The notes under the pieces were generated by a model that was not told the DNA's origin, searched no databases, and saw only the letters and a list, made by a program, of their open reading frames with translations. A stretch of 63,401 nt of DNA, counting the filler, from Pirum gemmata (Eukaryota): the NCBI GenBank assembly GCA_002812295.1. It is 17 parts of 17 records of this genome, joined end to end, with 100 filler letters (N's around TTAATTAATTAA, not from the genome) between each part and the next. Parts side by side here need not be neighbours in the genome. Positions count along the whole stretch, not along the records: positions 25,091 to 28,374 come from PDIN01002824.1; positions 28,475 to 31,815 come from PDIN01002825.1; positions 31,916 to 35,257 come from PDIN01002826.1; positions 35,358 to 38,662 come from PDIN01002827.1; 13 more parts are not named here. The stretch is one strand, 5' to 3'. Positions 25,091-36,007 of the stretch are shown piece after piece. A program made the position numbers and the translations under genes. The first letter of the stretch is position 1, and every line of letters begins with the position of its first letter.

Positions 25091-27141
25091 TAACCCTAAC
25101 CCTAACCCTAACCCTAACCCTGAACGCTAAACCCTAATCCTAGCCCTGGACGCTAAACCCTAACCCTAACCTGAACGCTAAACCTTAACCCTAACCCTGA
25201 ACGCTAAACCTTAACCCTAACCCTGAACGCTAAACCCTAACCCTAACCCTAAACCCTAACCGCTAACCCTGAACACTAAACCCTAACCCTGAACACTAAA
25301 CCCTAACCCTGAACACTAAACCCTAACCCTAACTCTGAACGCTAAACCCTACCCCTAACTCTGAACGCCAAACCCTAAACCTTACTCTGAACGCTAAACC
25401 TTAACCCTAACTCTGAACGCTAAACCCTAACCCTAACTCTGAACGCTAAAACCTAACCCTAACAATGAACGCTAAACCCTAACCCTAACCCTGAACGCTA
25501 AACCCTAACCCTAACCCTAACCCCTAACCGCTAAACCCTAACCCTAACCCTGAACACTAAACCCTACCCCTAACTCTGAACGCTAAACCGTACCCCTAAC
25601 TCTGAACGCCAAACCCTAAACCTTACTCTGAACGCTAAACCTTAACCCTAAATGCTAAACCCTAACCCTAACTCTGAACCCTAAACCCTAACCCTAACTC
25701 TGAACGCTAAACCCTAACCCTAACTCTGAACGCTAAACCCTAACCCTAACTCTGAACGCTAAAACCTAACCCTAACCCTGAACGCTAAACCCTAACCCTA
25801 ACCCTAACTCTGAACGCTAAACCCTAACCCTAACCCTAACTCTGAACGCTAAACCCTAACCCTAACACTGAACGCTAAAACCCAACCCTAACCCTGAACG
25901 CTAAACCCTAACCCTAACCCTGAACGCTAAACCCTAACCCTAACCCTGAACGCTAAACCCTAACCCTTACTCTGAACGCTAAACCCTAAACCTATCTCTG
26001 AACGCTAAACCTTAACCCTAACTCTGAACGCTAAACCCTAACCCTAATTCTGAACCATAACCCTAACTCTGAACGCTTAACCCTAACCCTTACTCTGAAC
26101 TCTAAACTCTATCCCTAACCCTGAACGCTAAACCCTAACCCTAACCCTGAACGTAAACCCTAACCCTAACCCTGAACGCTAAACCCTAACCCTAACCCTG
26201 AACGCTAAACCCTGACCCAGAACGCTAAACGCTAAACGCTAAACGCTAAGCCCGAATGCTAAACCCAAACGCTAAACCCTAACCCTAACCCCGAACGCTA
26301 AACGCTAACCCAGAACGCTAAACGCTAAACGCTAACCCAGAACGCTAAACGCTAAACGCTAACCCCGAGTGCTAAACCCTGACCCTGACCCTGACCCTGA
26401 CCCTGACCCTGACCCTGACCCTGACCCTGACCCTGACCCTGACCCTGACCCTNNNNNNNNNNNNNNNNNNNNNNNNNNNNNNNNNNNNNNNNNNNNNNNN
26501 NNNNNNNNNNNNNNNNNNNNNNNNNNNNNNNNNNNNNNNNNNNNNNNNNNNNNNNNNNNNNNTAACCCTAACCCTAACCCTAACCCTAACCCTAACCCTA
26601 ACCCTAACCCTAACCTTAACCTTAACCCTAACCCTAACCCTAACCCTAACCCCAACCCTAACCCCCAACCCTAACCCTAACCCTAACCCTAACCCTAGCT
26701 AGCCCTAACCCTAACCCTGATAAGTTAGTTCGTCTGTTTTTTTTCCTGTAAGCTCGAATAAATTACAATATGGAACAATGAAGACATATGCAAATGGCGG
26801 ATGTAACCAACTTAAATCTATTTACTACTTTTATCAGTACTAACCCTAACCCTAACCCTAACCCTAACCCTAACTCTTACTCTAACTCTTAACCCTAACC
26901 CTAACTCTTAACCCTAACCCTAACCCTAACTCTTAACCCTAACCCTAGCCCTAAATCTTAACCCTAACCCTAACCCTAACCCAAATCCTAACCGTAAACC
27001 TAAACCTAAACCTAAACCTAAACCTAAACCTAAACCTAAACCTAAACCTAAACCTAAACCTAAACCTAAACCCTAACCACACTAACCCTAACCTCTAACC
27101 CTAACCCTAGCCCCAACCCTGTCCCTAACCCTAACCCTAAT
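25091..27141 (-). repeat. Long telomere-variant satellite
   Basis: ~28-bp CTGAACGCTAAA(CCCTAA)2 units to ~26370, pure (CCCTGA)n 26377-26452, (CCCTAA)n, then (CCTAAA)n 26996-27070. Opposite (TTAGGG)n at 27343-27731. Confidence 0.92.
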
Positions 27142-27156
27142 CTTAAAAAAATTAGG

Positions 27157-27320
27157 TTAATTGAACTCACTAGTCCATATGTTCCTAGAGAAATGCAATA
27201 TATTTACGAGTATGATGAACATAAACTCTTAAACTTCCCACCTTTACCATCTTCAAAATCAGTCATAACACTAAAAGAACGTTGTCACAAAATGCTACGT
27301 GACCCCAATGCAAGTTTTTA
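27157..27320 (+). CDS. Putative exon embedded between telomeric arrays
   Basis: Acceptor aaattag, then open frame LIELTSPYVPREMQYIYEYDEHKLLNFPPLPSSKSVITLKERCHKMLRDPNASF*; possible GC donor (gcaagt) at ~27310. Confidence 0.5.
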
Positions 27321-30300
27321 GATAAAAAGTAGTAAATCACTTAAGGGCTTGGGTTAGGGTAAGATTCGGGCTAGGGTTAGGGTTAGGGTTAGGGTTAGGG
27401 TTAGGGTTAGGGTTGGGGTTGGGGTTGGGGTTGGGGTTAGGGNNNNNNNNNNNNNNNNNNNNNNNNNNNNNNNNNNNNNNNNNNNNNNNNNNNNNNNNNN
27501 NNNNNNNNNNNNNNNNNNNNNNNNNNNNNNNNNNNNNNNNNNNNNNNNNNNNNNGTTAGGGTTAGGGTTAGGGTTAGGGTTAGGGTTAGGGTTAGGGTTA
27601 GGGTTAGGTTAAGGTTAAGGTTAGGGTCAGGGTTAAGGTAGAGGTAGAGTTAGAGTTAGATTTAGAGATAAGGTTAGAGATAAGGTTAGGGTTAAGGTTA
27701 GGGTTAAGGTTAGGGTTAAGGTTAGGGTTTGGGCTAGTAGGTATTGATGTAGTTGTATGTTTTTGTATATTTGCCTAACGGCACTGGAAAAGAAGTTGCG
27801 AAGTTGATATTAAATAGGCCATTCGAGTAACATTCAACCCCTCTATTATCACACCATTTCCACTTCGGTACACATATTCTAAAACCATCCAACTTTCCCT
27901 TGGATTGAAATCAAATCGAATTGTTAAATAGTCTCAAACTTCAAATATTTCGAGGATTTGTGAAGGCGAGCTAGTCTCGAAAAAAAAAATAAAAAAAAAA
28001 GGCAAAACAAAATACTTTGTTTTTGGCAAAGTATTTGTGTGTGTGTGTGTGTGTGTGTGTTAATAAAACATGAAGCTACCTATTGGGTGATACGGGGAAA
28101 CATAATCGAATCAAATAGCTCGATCCTAGTTATTATATAGTGACAATTTTGAAAGGATATTCTTTTTTTTTTCGAGTTTCCAGTTTTTTCTATGAAATTT
28201 CCAATTACCAAGAATTTTTTAATGAAATCAAAAGTGAGTCAATACTTTTAAAATTAGATCGGAAATTTTCGAAATTTTCGAACTAGTCTCAATTCGACGG
28301 TTTTTCCCGCATCTTCTTGGTAACCATAAACGAATCCAAAACAAACAAACAAACAAACAAACAAACAAACAAACNNNNNNNNNNNNNNNNNNNNNNNNNN
28401 NNNNNNNNNNNNNNNNNNTTAATTAATTAANNNNNNNNNNNNNNNNNNNNNNNNNNNNNNNNNNNNNNNNNNNNCCCCCCTCCACTTCCCACTACTATAT
28501 TACTAATTGTTATTAGTATAAGAGGGCCAGATGTATTGAATTGGAAGGGGTAGAGACTAGATTATGATAAAATTATTACAATATTATAACAGTACCAAAT
28601 AAAATAATTATTTCATATTATATTATATATCATAATTATGCTAAACTTGTGTTTGTACAATAAACGTGCCGGATTGTTTTTTTTTTATAAACAAGCTCAA
28701 TTATACAAAAAAACAGTACGAAATGAAAGATTTACAACTGCAATGAAATAGACAATATATTATTATAATTTATATAATATTATCATAATTATGTTAAACT
28801 TTCAAATTGTGTTAGTACAATAAACGTATATATATATAGTAAAACTATCATACATGTTTTAATTAATTTGGTATTTTATAAATGATGTTTTTATTTTATA
28901 AACAAGTACTGTTAGTTAGTTTAAATTTATTATACCCTTTACTTGGTGTATAATTGCAACCAGTAAGTCATCAACATTTCATATTAGGTACCCCAATAAT
29001 GGCCATGTTCCACAACACTTCCACAAACATTTGACAATATAATTTCCAAAAAAAGTGTTGTTTTTAAAGTATACGTCAATAGTACCAAATATGAGGACAA
29101 AATAGGACTTTTTCAGATATGTCCTAAAAAAATTGGACAAAAAATAGGACTTCTTCAATTCTATGTGGAAGAATGTGTCAGAATACTGTCAGAAATTCTC
29201 AGAATAGACTCAAAATAGGTCTTTTTTGGGAAAGTGTCCTAAAAAATGGAACAAAATAGGACAAAATAGGAATTTTTCGAAATTTTCAAAAAAAATGTTA
29301 ATTTTCCAGTTGTTAAGTGTTAGTTGGTCAATATTACCAAATATAAGGACAAAATAGGACTTTTTCGTATTTGCCCTAAAAAATGGATATATATTAAAAT
29401 ATTAATAGCAACAACAAAAATACAAAAAACAATATATATGTTTTTAAACAGATAATGCGTAAACTCGAAGGTTTACTTTATATTATTAATATATATTAAT
29501 ACATATTATAGAACGAGAGGTTTATTAATATAATCAGCAATTATAAGAAGTACGTTTCACAATGTACCTTTCAACATGCAAACGGTACCTTTACTAAACC
29601 ATGTTAAAACTTGTATTTACATGTAATTAATTAACATAATTATTATCGTCTATTTCATTTTAATTCTCCTGTCAATCTTTAATTTGGCACTGTTTAAGTG
29701 TATGATTGAACTTGTTTATAAAATACAACACTAAGTATAAAATACCAAAATTAATTAAAACATGTCTGATAGTTTAACTATACTAACAATTTGGTACTCT
29801 TATTTCAGTTTTTGAACTGGATAACACTATTGAAAACACAATATTAATAAAAAAGATTTATGAATATCCACACATGAACCAAAATTTGTGCTGGTGGCTA
29901 AAATGTCAGCGGTATTTATATATCCGACAGATAATACGTCACGTCAAGGGGTAGGTAGGTAGGTGGAATTTGACCGGAAATTAACGTTGAGGGGTAGGTA
30001 AGTAGGGGTATTTGAAGTAGTATTGGAACGCACCCTTATTGCATTGCTAAATCTCATCGTGCTTTTCTTTTATTTGGTTACTCTGAATATTTATTTGGAG
30101 TGTTATAATATTTAAATTGACATTTTTTAAATCAATACATAGATAATAAAATATACCAAATTAAATTAAATGGATTTATATTGTATTAATTTGGTACTGT
30201 TTATTGTATATTTATGATGACAAAAATAACTGAAAAGCACTATATTAATATTGGTTCAACGTTGCAAGCACCCTGATCATCATCCCTGAAGCCGCAACTA

Positions 30301-30697
30301 CTATTAATACAAAGCCGGCGTCTGTAGCGTCAGTCATAGCATCTTTTGATGGGTTTTCTTCTCCTTTTAACTAATTAGTTGGTATTATAAAGTTAGTTTT
30401 AGTATATATACTAATTTCAGCAACAGTATTCGTACTAGTGCTATGAGGATTAGGTAGAAGGTAGGAAAAACAGGATTTAGAAGCGGGATTATAATATATA
30501 CATATATATAATAGGGCCATAATATTATTCAGTCTGGCCTGAATATTTATCTGAAAAGGTGCATATATATATGAACGTAGGCGCGGTGACCCGGATACGT
30601 ATGCATTGCTGCTAAATAAATGAATAAATAAATGAATAAATAAATGTTAATTAATAAATAAATAAATAAATAAAATTTAATAAATAAATAAATAAAT

Positions 30698-30728
<31 letters not shown>

Positions 30729-31034
30729 AATTATTTTTTTTACATTATGATTATTACTATGCATATGATTAATTATTATATTATTACTATTTATTATTTT
30801 GTTATATTCTATTATATATAATTAATAGTATTAAATTATACATATATTATCCTTAAGCTTGTTATTATATATAAATATAATGAATTATCATCATTGTTAC
30901 TATATATAGCTTTGTATAATATTAATTCATATTTGTTTTTTGAAATTGTACTTTTAAAATCATTATCTATTATATAATATTTATAATTATAATTAATATA
31001 CATATATTATAATATTATTATTATAATTAATTAT

Positions 31035-31112
31035 AGGGTTAGGGTTAGGGTTAGGGTTTAGGGTTTAGGGTTAGGTTAGGGTTAGGGTTAGGGTTAGAGT
31101 TCGTTAGGGTTA
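31035..31112 (+). repeat. Short interstitial (TTAGGG)n array
   Basis: Read directly from the sequence. Confidence 0.85.
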
Positions 31113-31927
31113 GAGGGGGTGTTTTAATGTGCAATATTTGGCATCAGATCTAGTGTTTGATATCAGAGTTTTTTTCTTTTCTGACAGAACACATGGTTAG
31201 AGTTAGGCGTAATTAGAGTTTTATCGTACAGCATGTACAGTTACTACTGTTATTCTTAATAATTAGCATTATCATATATTATAGAGAAAATTAAATTTTG
31301 CTTAATTAAAACCTTGCTGCAATTGAATAATATTTTGCATAATATTAATAACATTATATATTATATACAATTATATATATATAATATAATTATAATAATT
31401 ATAAGTATACACAACTAGAATAATTGTTGCAAAATAATATAATGAAATTTTAATAGTAAACACAACTATAATACAAGAATTTTTTAATTAATATTATAAA
31501 TTTATTAGTATTAATACCAGGTTACAGGTCTAGTAGTGTGTATGATGATAGTTTAACAGTAGTTAGGAGTCTAAGGATGAAAAAATAACAAAATAAGAAA
31601 AATCATCAAATTAAAATCTTGGTAACCGCAAAGAAAAATGTAGTCTAACTAAAGATAATCCTAGAAAGATAATCATTACAAAAAAAGAATTAGACCAGAG
31701 CCCAAAACCCAAAAAGACTCCAAAAAAGCAGTAGCCAAAAAGTACCCAAACACTCCCAATTTCCCAAACACCTGTATGAATAATATAAAAAAAAAAAACA
31801 AATAAATAAATAAAANNNNNNNNNNNNNNNNNNNNNNNNNNNNNNNNNNNNNNNNNNNNTTAATTAATTAANNNNNNNNNNNNNNNNNNNNNNNNNNNNN
31901 NNNNNNNNNNNNNNNGGTTGCATAAGA

Positions 31928-32012
31928 TTAATTTGGTGACACTGGTGGTTCCATTGAGCTTGTTTGAAGTCTTGAATGTCCTTTGTTATTTGTCGTTGTT
32001 GTTGTTTGAATA

Positions 32013-32061
<49 letters not shown>

Positions 32062-33376
32062 CATTATTATTATTATTATTGTTATTATTATTATTATTAT
32101 TATTTGTTGTGGTGGTGTTGGTGGTTTGGTCATTAAAAACGGTTTGTAAGTATGATGCAAATATATTTGTTATTTCTTGGGGATGTGTAATTAGATTGTT
32201 GTCCTGTTTTAAAGTGTAGTTAGTTATGGTGGTGGTATTGATTTGTTGTAGTTGGTTGAGTTTTTTCCATAATCTGGCATCAGATGGTTGCATAAGATTA
32301 ATTTGGTGACACTGGTGGTTCCATTGAGCTTGTTTGAAGTCTTGAATGTCCTTTGTTATTTGTCGTTGTTGTTGTTTGAATATTTTTTTGGTAGTTGGGT
32401 CCCTAGTTTTTTGATATAGTTTTCTGGTTTTTCTTGTTGTTTTGATTTGGGTTAGAATATAGTGTGGAAGTGTGTATTGTTTTTTGTGATTGTTTAACTT
32501 TGTTGAGGTTATGGTTGCTGTAGTGAGTGCTGACTGTATTGCTGTTGTAATATGTTGTGTTGCTTCGTTTAGTTGGCGGTTGGATTCAATGGCTCGCAGT
32601 TGTTTGTAGTTTTCTAGTTGGCGGTGAAAGGTGTCCCAGATGATTCTTTTAATTTTGAGTTCTTTGGGTTCGCTGGGAATATTAAGTCTTGTTTGGAGTT
32701 GGAGAAGTTGGGCTATATGGTCACTCGTGCATTCGTTTATAAGATTAAAATTGGCCAATTTGGTTATCAGGGTGGAGCTAAAGATGGCTAGGTCTAGGAG
32801 AGCTGAATAAGGTGTACCCTTTCTTGTAGTAAAGTAGGTGTGTTCAGTTGAATTGGCTAACTGCATATTATAGTCAATTATAAATTTGTTTATTTCTTCT
32901 CCTGTTTTATTTTTTTTTTTGCTTCTCCAGGTCGGGTGGTGGCTATTCAGGTCTCCTAGTATCAAAGTTTGTACATTTGTTTTCGTTCCTATTTCGGTAA
33001 GCAGAGAGGTGTTGATTTTTGTTGTGGGGGCTCGATAATAATTTATTATTAACAAGTCTTTTTTTTGTGTGATTGCTTGGGGGATTGTGATTGCTAGTAT
33101 TTCATCATTAGTAGTTTCATTATTTAGGGTTATTGTGTTAAAGGATATGTTTTTATGAATTAATATGGCCACTCCTCCTCCCTTTTTTTGGCTGCGTTCT
33201 TTCCTAAGTACCCTGTAGTCCCTTAGCTCTAGAGTATCTGTTTGTGTTAACTTGGTTTCATTCAGCGCACAAATGTGGATGTTGTTGTTGTGTAATATGT
33301 GTTCTAGTTCGACTTTTCTGAGTTTGATTGAGTTAATGTTGTATTGAATTATGTTTAGTTGGTTGGTTGTATTCAT
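31928..33376 (-). CDS. LINE ORF2 N-terminal part: APE endonuclease plus linker (RT missing)
   Basis: APE motifs QYNINS, LNETKL, GGGVAILI, YYRAP, GDLNSHHPTW, LDLAI, SDH; pre-RT IFASYLQTVF. Sequence beyond the (AAT)n run is an out-of-frame duplicate. Confidence 0.92.
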
Positions 33377-34737
33377 TGATTTACTGACAGGTTATCTATT
33401 TTTTCTTCAATTTTTTGCATCATTTTGGAAGATGATTCAGCTAATAGAGACATTTGTGTGGCCAATGAGCCTACCATGTTATCTATTTGTGTTTGCCTCT
33501 CGGTCATTTCATATTTCCACTGGTAGTCAGTGTTTTCACCTTTGGTAATTGCGGTTGTTAAGTTTGTGACTTTGTTTTCAAGTGTTGTTAAGCGATCTGA
33601 TTGGTCATTTGTAGTTGGTGGGGGAGTGTTGCTCGATAGTTGGTCGACTTTTTTCTGTAATTCTTCAAGTTTGGCTGTCAAAGCTGCCATGGCTTTTTGT
33701 GTGTCACTTGCATTTGATGTAACGTTTGCATAGCTAGTGCCTTTTGGTGGGATTGGGGAGTGTTGTGTGCGTGTAGAGTGGGTTCTACCGGCTAAAATGT
33801 CATTTTTTCTTTCCTGCGCTCTTTCTTGGCCTTGGACTCGGGCTTGTTGGATGCGGGGGCATAATGGAGAGCATGAAACATGGTCTCCTTGACAGTTGGC
33901 ACATTTGGGTGTGCCTTTACAATTTTCCTTGTCGTGGTGGTGGTGGTTTTCAGAGCAGACTAGGCATCGTTGGTCATTTTTGCAGTTGTGGGACGTGTGT
34001 CCTATCTGTTGACATTTAAAACATTGTAGGTATCTATCGTTTAGGTGAACATTAAAGATTTGAAAACCTATTTTGATGCCATTTTTTAGCAGTTTTGTTC
34101 TGTTTTCTTCAGTTTCAAATTTAATATACACTTTTTTAGTGGGTTCACGTGCTTTACCTTTTGTAATTCTTGTAAAGGTGATGTTGTGTTGTTGTTCCAA
34201 CTGTTTGAAACAGTCTTGTTCTAGATCTGTTAATTCATTGATCCAGATGAATCCTGATATTCTACTTGGTGGTGGGGTGTTATACACTTTTTCAATACCT
34301 TGTGCAAATGCTTCTTTGGGCCAGGTTATCAGTTTTTCGTGTAATTTTGCATTGGATGTGTACAATTTAATTGTGTTGTTGTTTGTTTTTTGATCTGTAA
34401 TATCCGCTGCTGCGTTTGGGAAGTATTTTACTACTTCGCTGAAAATAAGTTCCGGATTAGGGGTGAATCGATTTGCTGCTTCCTGGTTTAAAATTATTCT
34501 AACTGCTGGGAGTTCGGTTTTTTTTCCTGTTTTTTCGAGTTCGTTGCCCTCCGATTCCGAATCGGAAATTTTAGAATTGTACCGTTTGTGGTTAACAGTT
34601 ACCTCATTTTCATGGCCTCTTTTCAAACTGGTGGGGTCAGTATCGTCCACCCGGGGTGGAGGTTGCATCTTGGTTGGGGGTACTTGGGATTGGGTGAGCG
34701 GTGTTTGTGATGTGATTTTAGAGGGGTTATTGCCCAT
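33373..34737 (-). CDS. LINE ORF1 nucleic-acid-binding protein
   Basis: CFKCQQIGHTSHNC, CLVCSENH..C, CANCQGDH..C knuckles; pre-C2HC-like PTKKVYIKF segment; SYANV motif; C-terminal coiled coil. Confidence 0.92.
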   Translation of the reverse strand: MGNNPSKITSQTPLTQSQVPPTKMQPPPRVDDTDPTSLKRGHENEVTVNHKRYNSKISDSESEGNELEKTGKKTELPAVRIILNQEAANRFTPNPELIFSEVVKYFPNAAADITDQKTNNNTIKLYTSNAKLHEKLITWPKEAFAQGIEKVYNTPPPSRISGFIWINELTDLEQDCFKQLEQQHNITFTRITKGKAREPTKKVYIKFETEENRTKLLKNGIKIGFQIFNVHLNDRYLQCFKCQQIGHTSHNCKNDQRCLVCSENHHHHDKENCKGTPKCANCQGDHVSCSPLCPRIQQARVQGQERAQERKNDILAGRTHSTRTQHSPIPPKGTSYANVTSNASDTQKAMAALTAKLEELQKKVDQLSSNTPPPTTNDQSDRLTTLENKVTNLTTAITKGENTDYQWKYEMTERQTQIDNMVGSLATQMSLLAESSSKMMQKIEEKIDNLSVNQ

Positions 34738-34825
34738 GTGATTGGCGTTACGTGGAGAAGATAAAAATAAAATAAATAAATAATAATGAATACTTTCTAT
34801 TTTTTATTTCACTTATATATATATA

Positions 34826-34906
34826 TACAATAGCCACTAGCTACAATAGCCACTAGCTACAATAGCCACTAGCTACAATAGCCTAGCTACAATAGCCACT
34901 AGCTAC
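34826..34906. repeat. 16-bp minisatellite (tacaatagccactagc) x5 upstream of LINE ORF1
   Basis: Read directly; one unit has a 2-bp deletion. Confidence 0.9.
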
Positions 34907-36007
34907 TATTTTTTTTTAACTTTGTCGTCAAATATAAATGTCACATTTTAGCGCCGAACAAAGAAAAATTTTTTTCGCTCAAACTTCGAATATTAATTGA
35001 CCATTAATGAGATTAAAATAAATATCATAAATTAAACTGGCGAACATAATTAATAGCTATATATAGACGTTAATTTGATATAAGTAGTCTATATAAGTCC
35101 ATTTATAATATTACTTAATTATAAATAATAATTATTTAATAATTAATATTTTTTATTTTATAGACCTACATGTACATGTACATTTTAATTAATAATTATA
35201 AATAAATATTATAATATTAATAATAAAAATTAAAATTAAAATTGATCCATAACAATCNNNNNNNNNNNNNNNNNNNNNNNNNNNNNNNNNNNNNNNNNNN
35301 NTTAATTAATTAANNNNNNNNNNNNNNNNNNNNNNNNNNNNNNNNNNNNNNNNNNNNTTGTTTACTTGTTTACTTGTTTACTTGTTTACTTGTTTACTTG
35401 TTTACTTGTTTATTTTTAATTAAGCTTATTTATTAATTTTGTTTATTAAATTTTGTTTATTTGTTTATTTGTTTATTAAATTTTGTTTATTTGTTTATTT
35501 GTTTAAATTTATTTGTTTATTTGTTTATCTGTTTATTTGTTTATTTGTTTATTTGTTTATTAAATTTTGTTCAAGTTTGTTTATTTGTTTATTTGTTCAA
35601 GTTTGTTTATTTGTTTATTTGTTTATTAATTTTGTTTATTTGTTTATTTGTTTGTTAATTTGTTTATTTCTTTATTTGTTTATTTCTTTATTTCTTTATT
35701 TGTTTATTTGTTTATTTGTTTATTTGTTTATTTGTTTATTTGTTTATTTGTTTATATTTGAATTTTTATCATTTTTATTTTATTAATCAATTAATTAATA
35801 CTGTTTTATTTTTTAGTATAAGCATTGGTATAAGTATCAGTAATACAATAAGTTTAATTTTGTCTAAGATTGTTTATTGTTACTTTCAATTTTCGTCTTA
35901 ATTTAATATTGTTTATGATTATTTAAATTATAGTTACATTTAATTTCGTCTTTGTCCTTATCTTTATAATACACCCTAACCCAAACCCTAATATATATAC
36001 TATACAG

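Larger units (their letters stand above)
31916..34760 (-). mobile_element. Non-LTR retrotransposon (jockey/I-group-like LINE), cut off by the scaffold end before RT
   Basis: Gag-like ORF1 with three CCHC knuckles followed by an APE-endonuclease ORF2, overlapping at ATGA. Confidence 0.92.

Noticed and set aside
26751..26762. Stop-codon reassignment suggested by an in-frame TAA before a SAM-like peptide
   Set aside because: BiP ends HDEL-TAA and other long ORFs end at TAA/TGA normally; the standard code fits.
25091..27731. Ciliate-style nanochromosome (CCCTAA...gene...TTAGGG)
   Set aside because: Arrays are degenerate, unique sequence continues beyond them, and other pairs face the opposite way.
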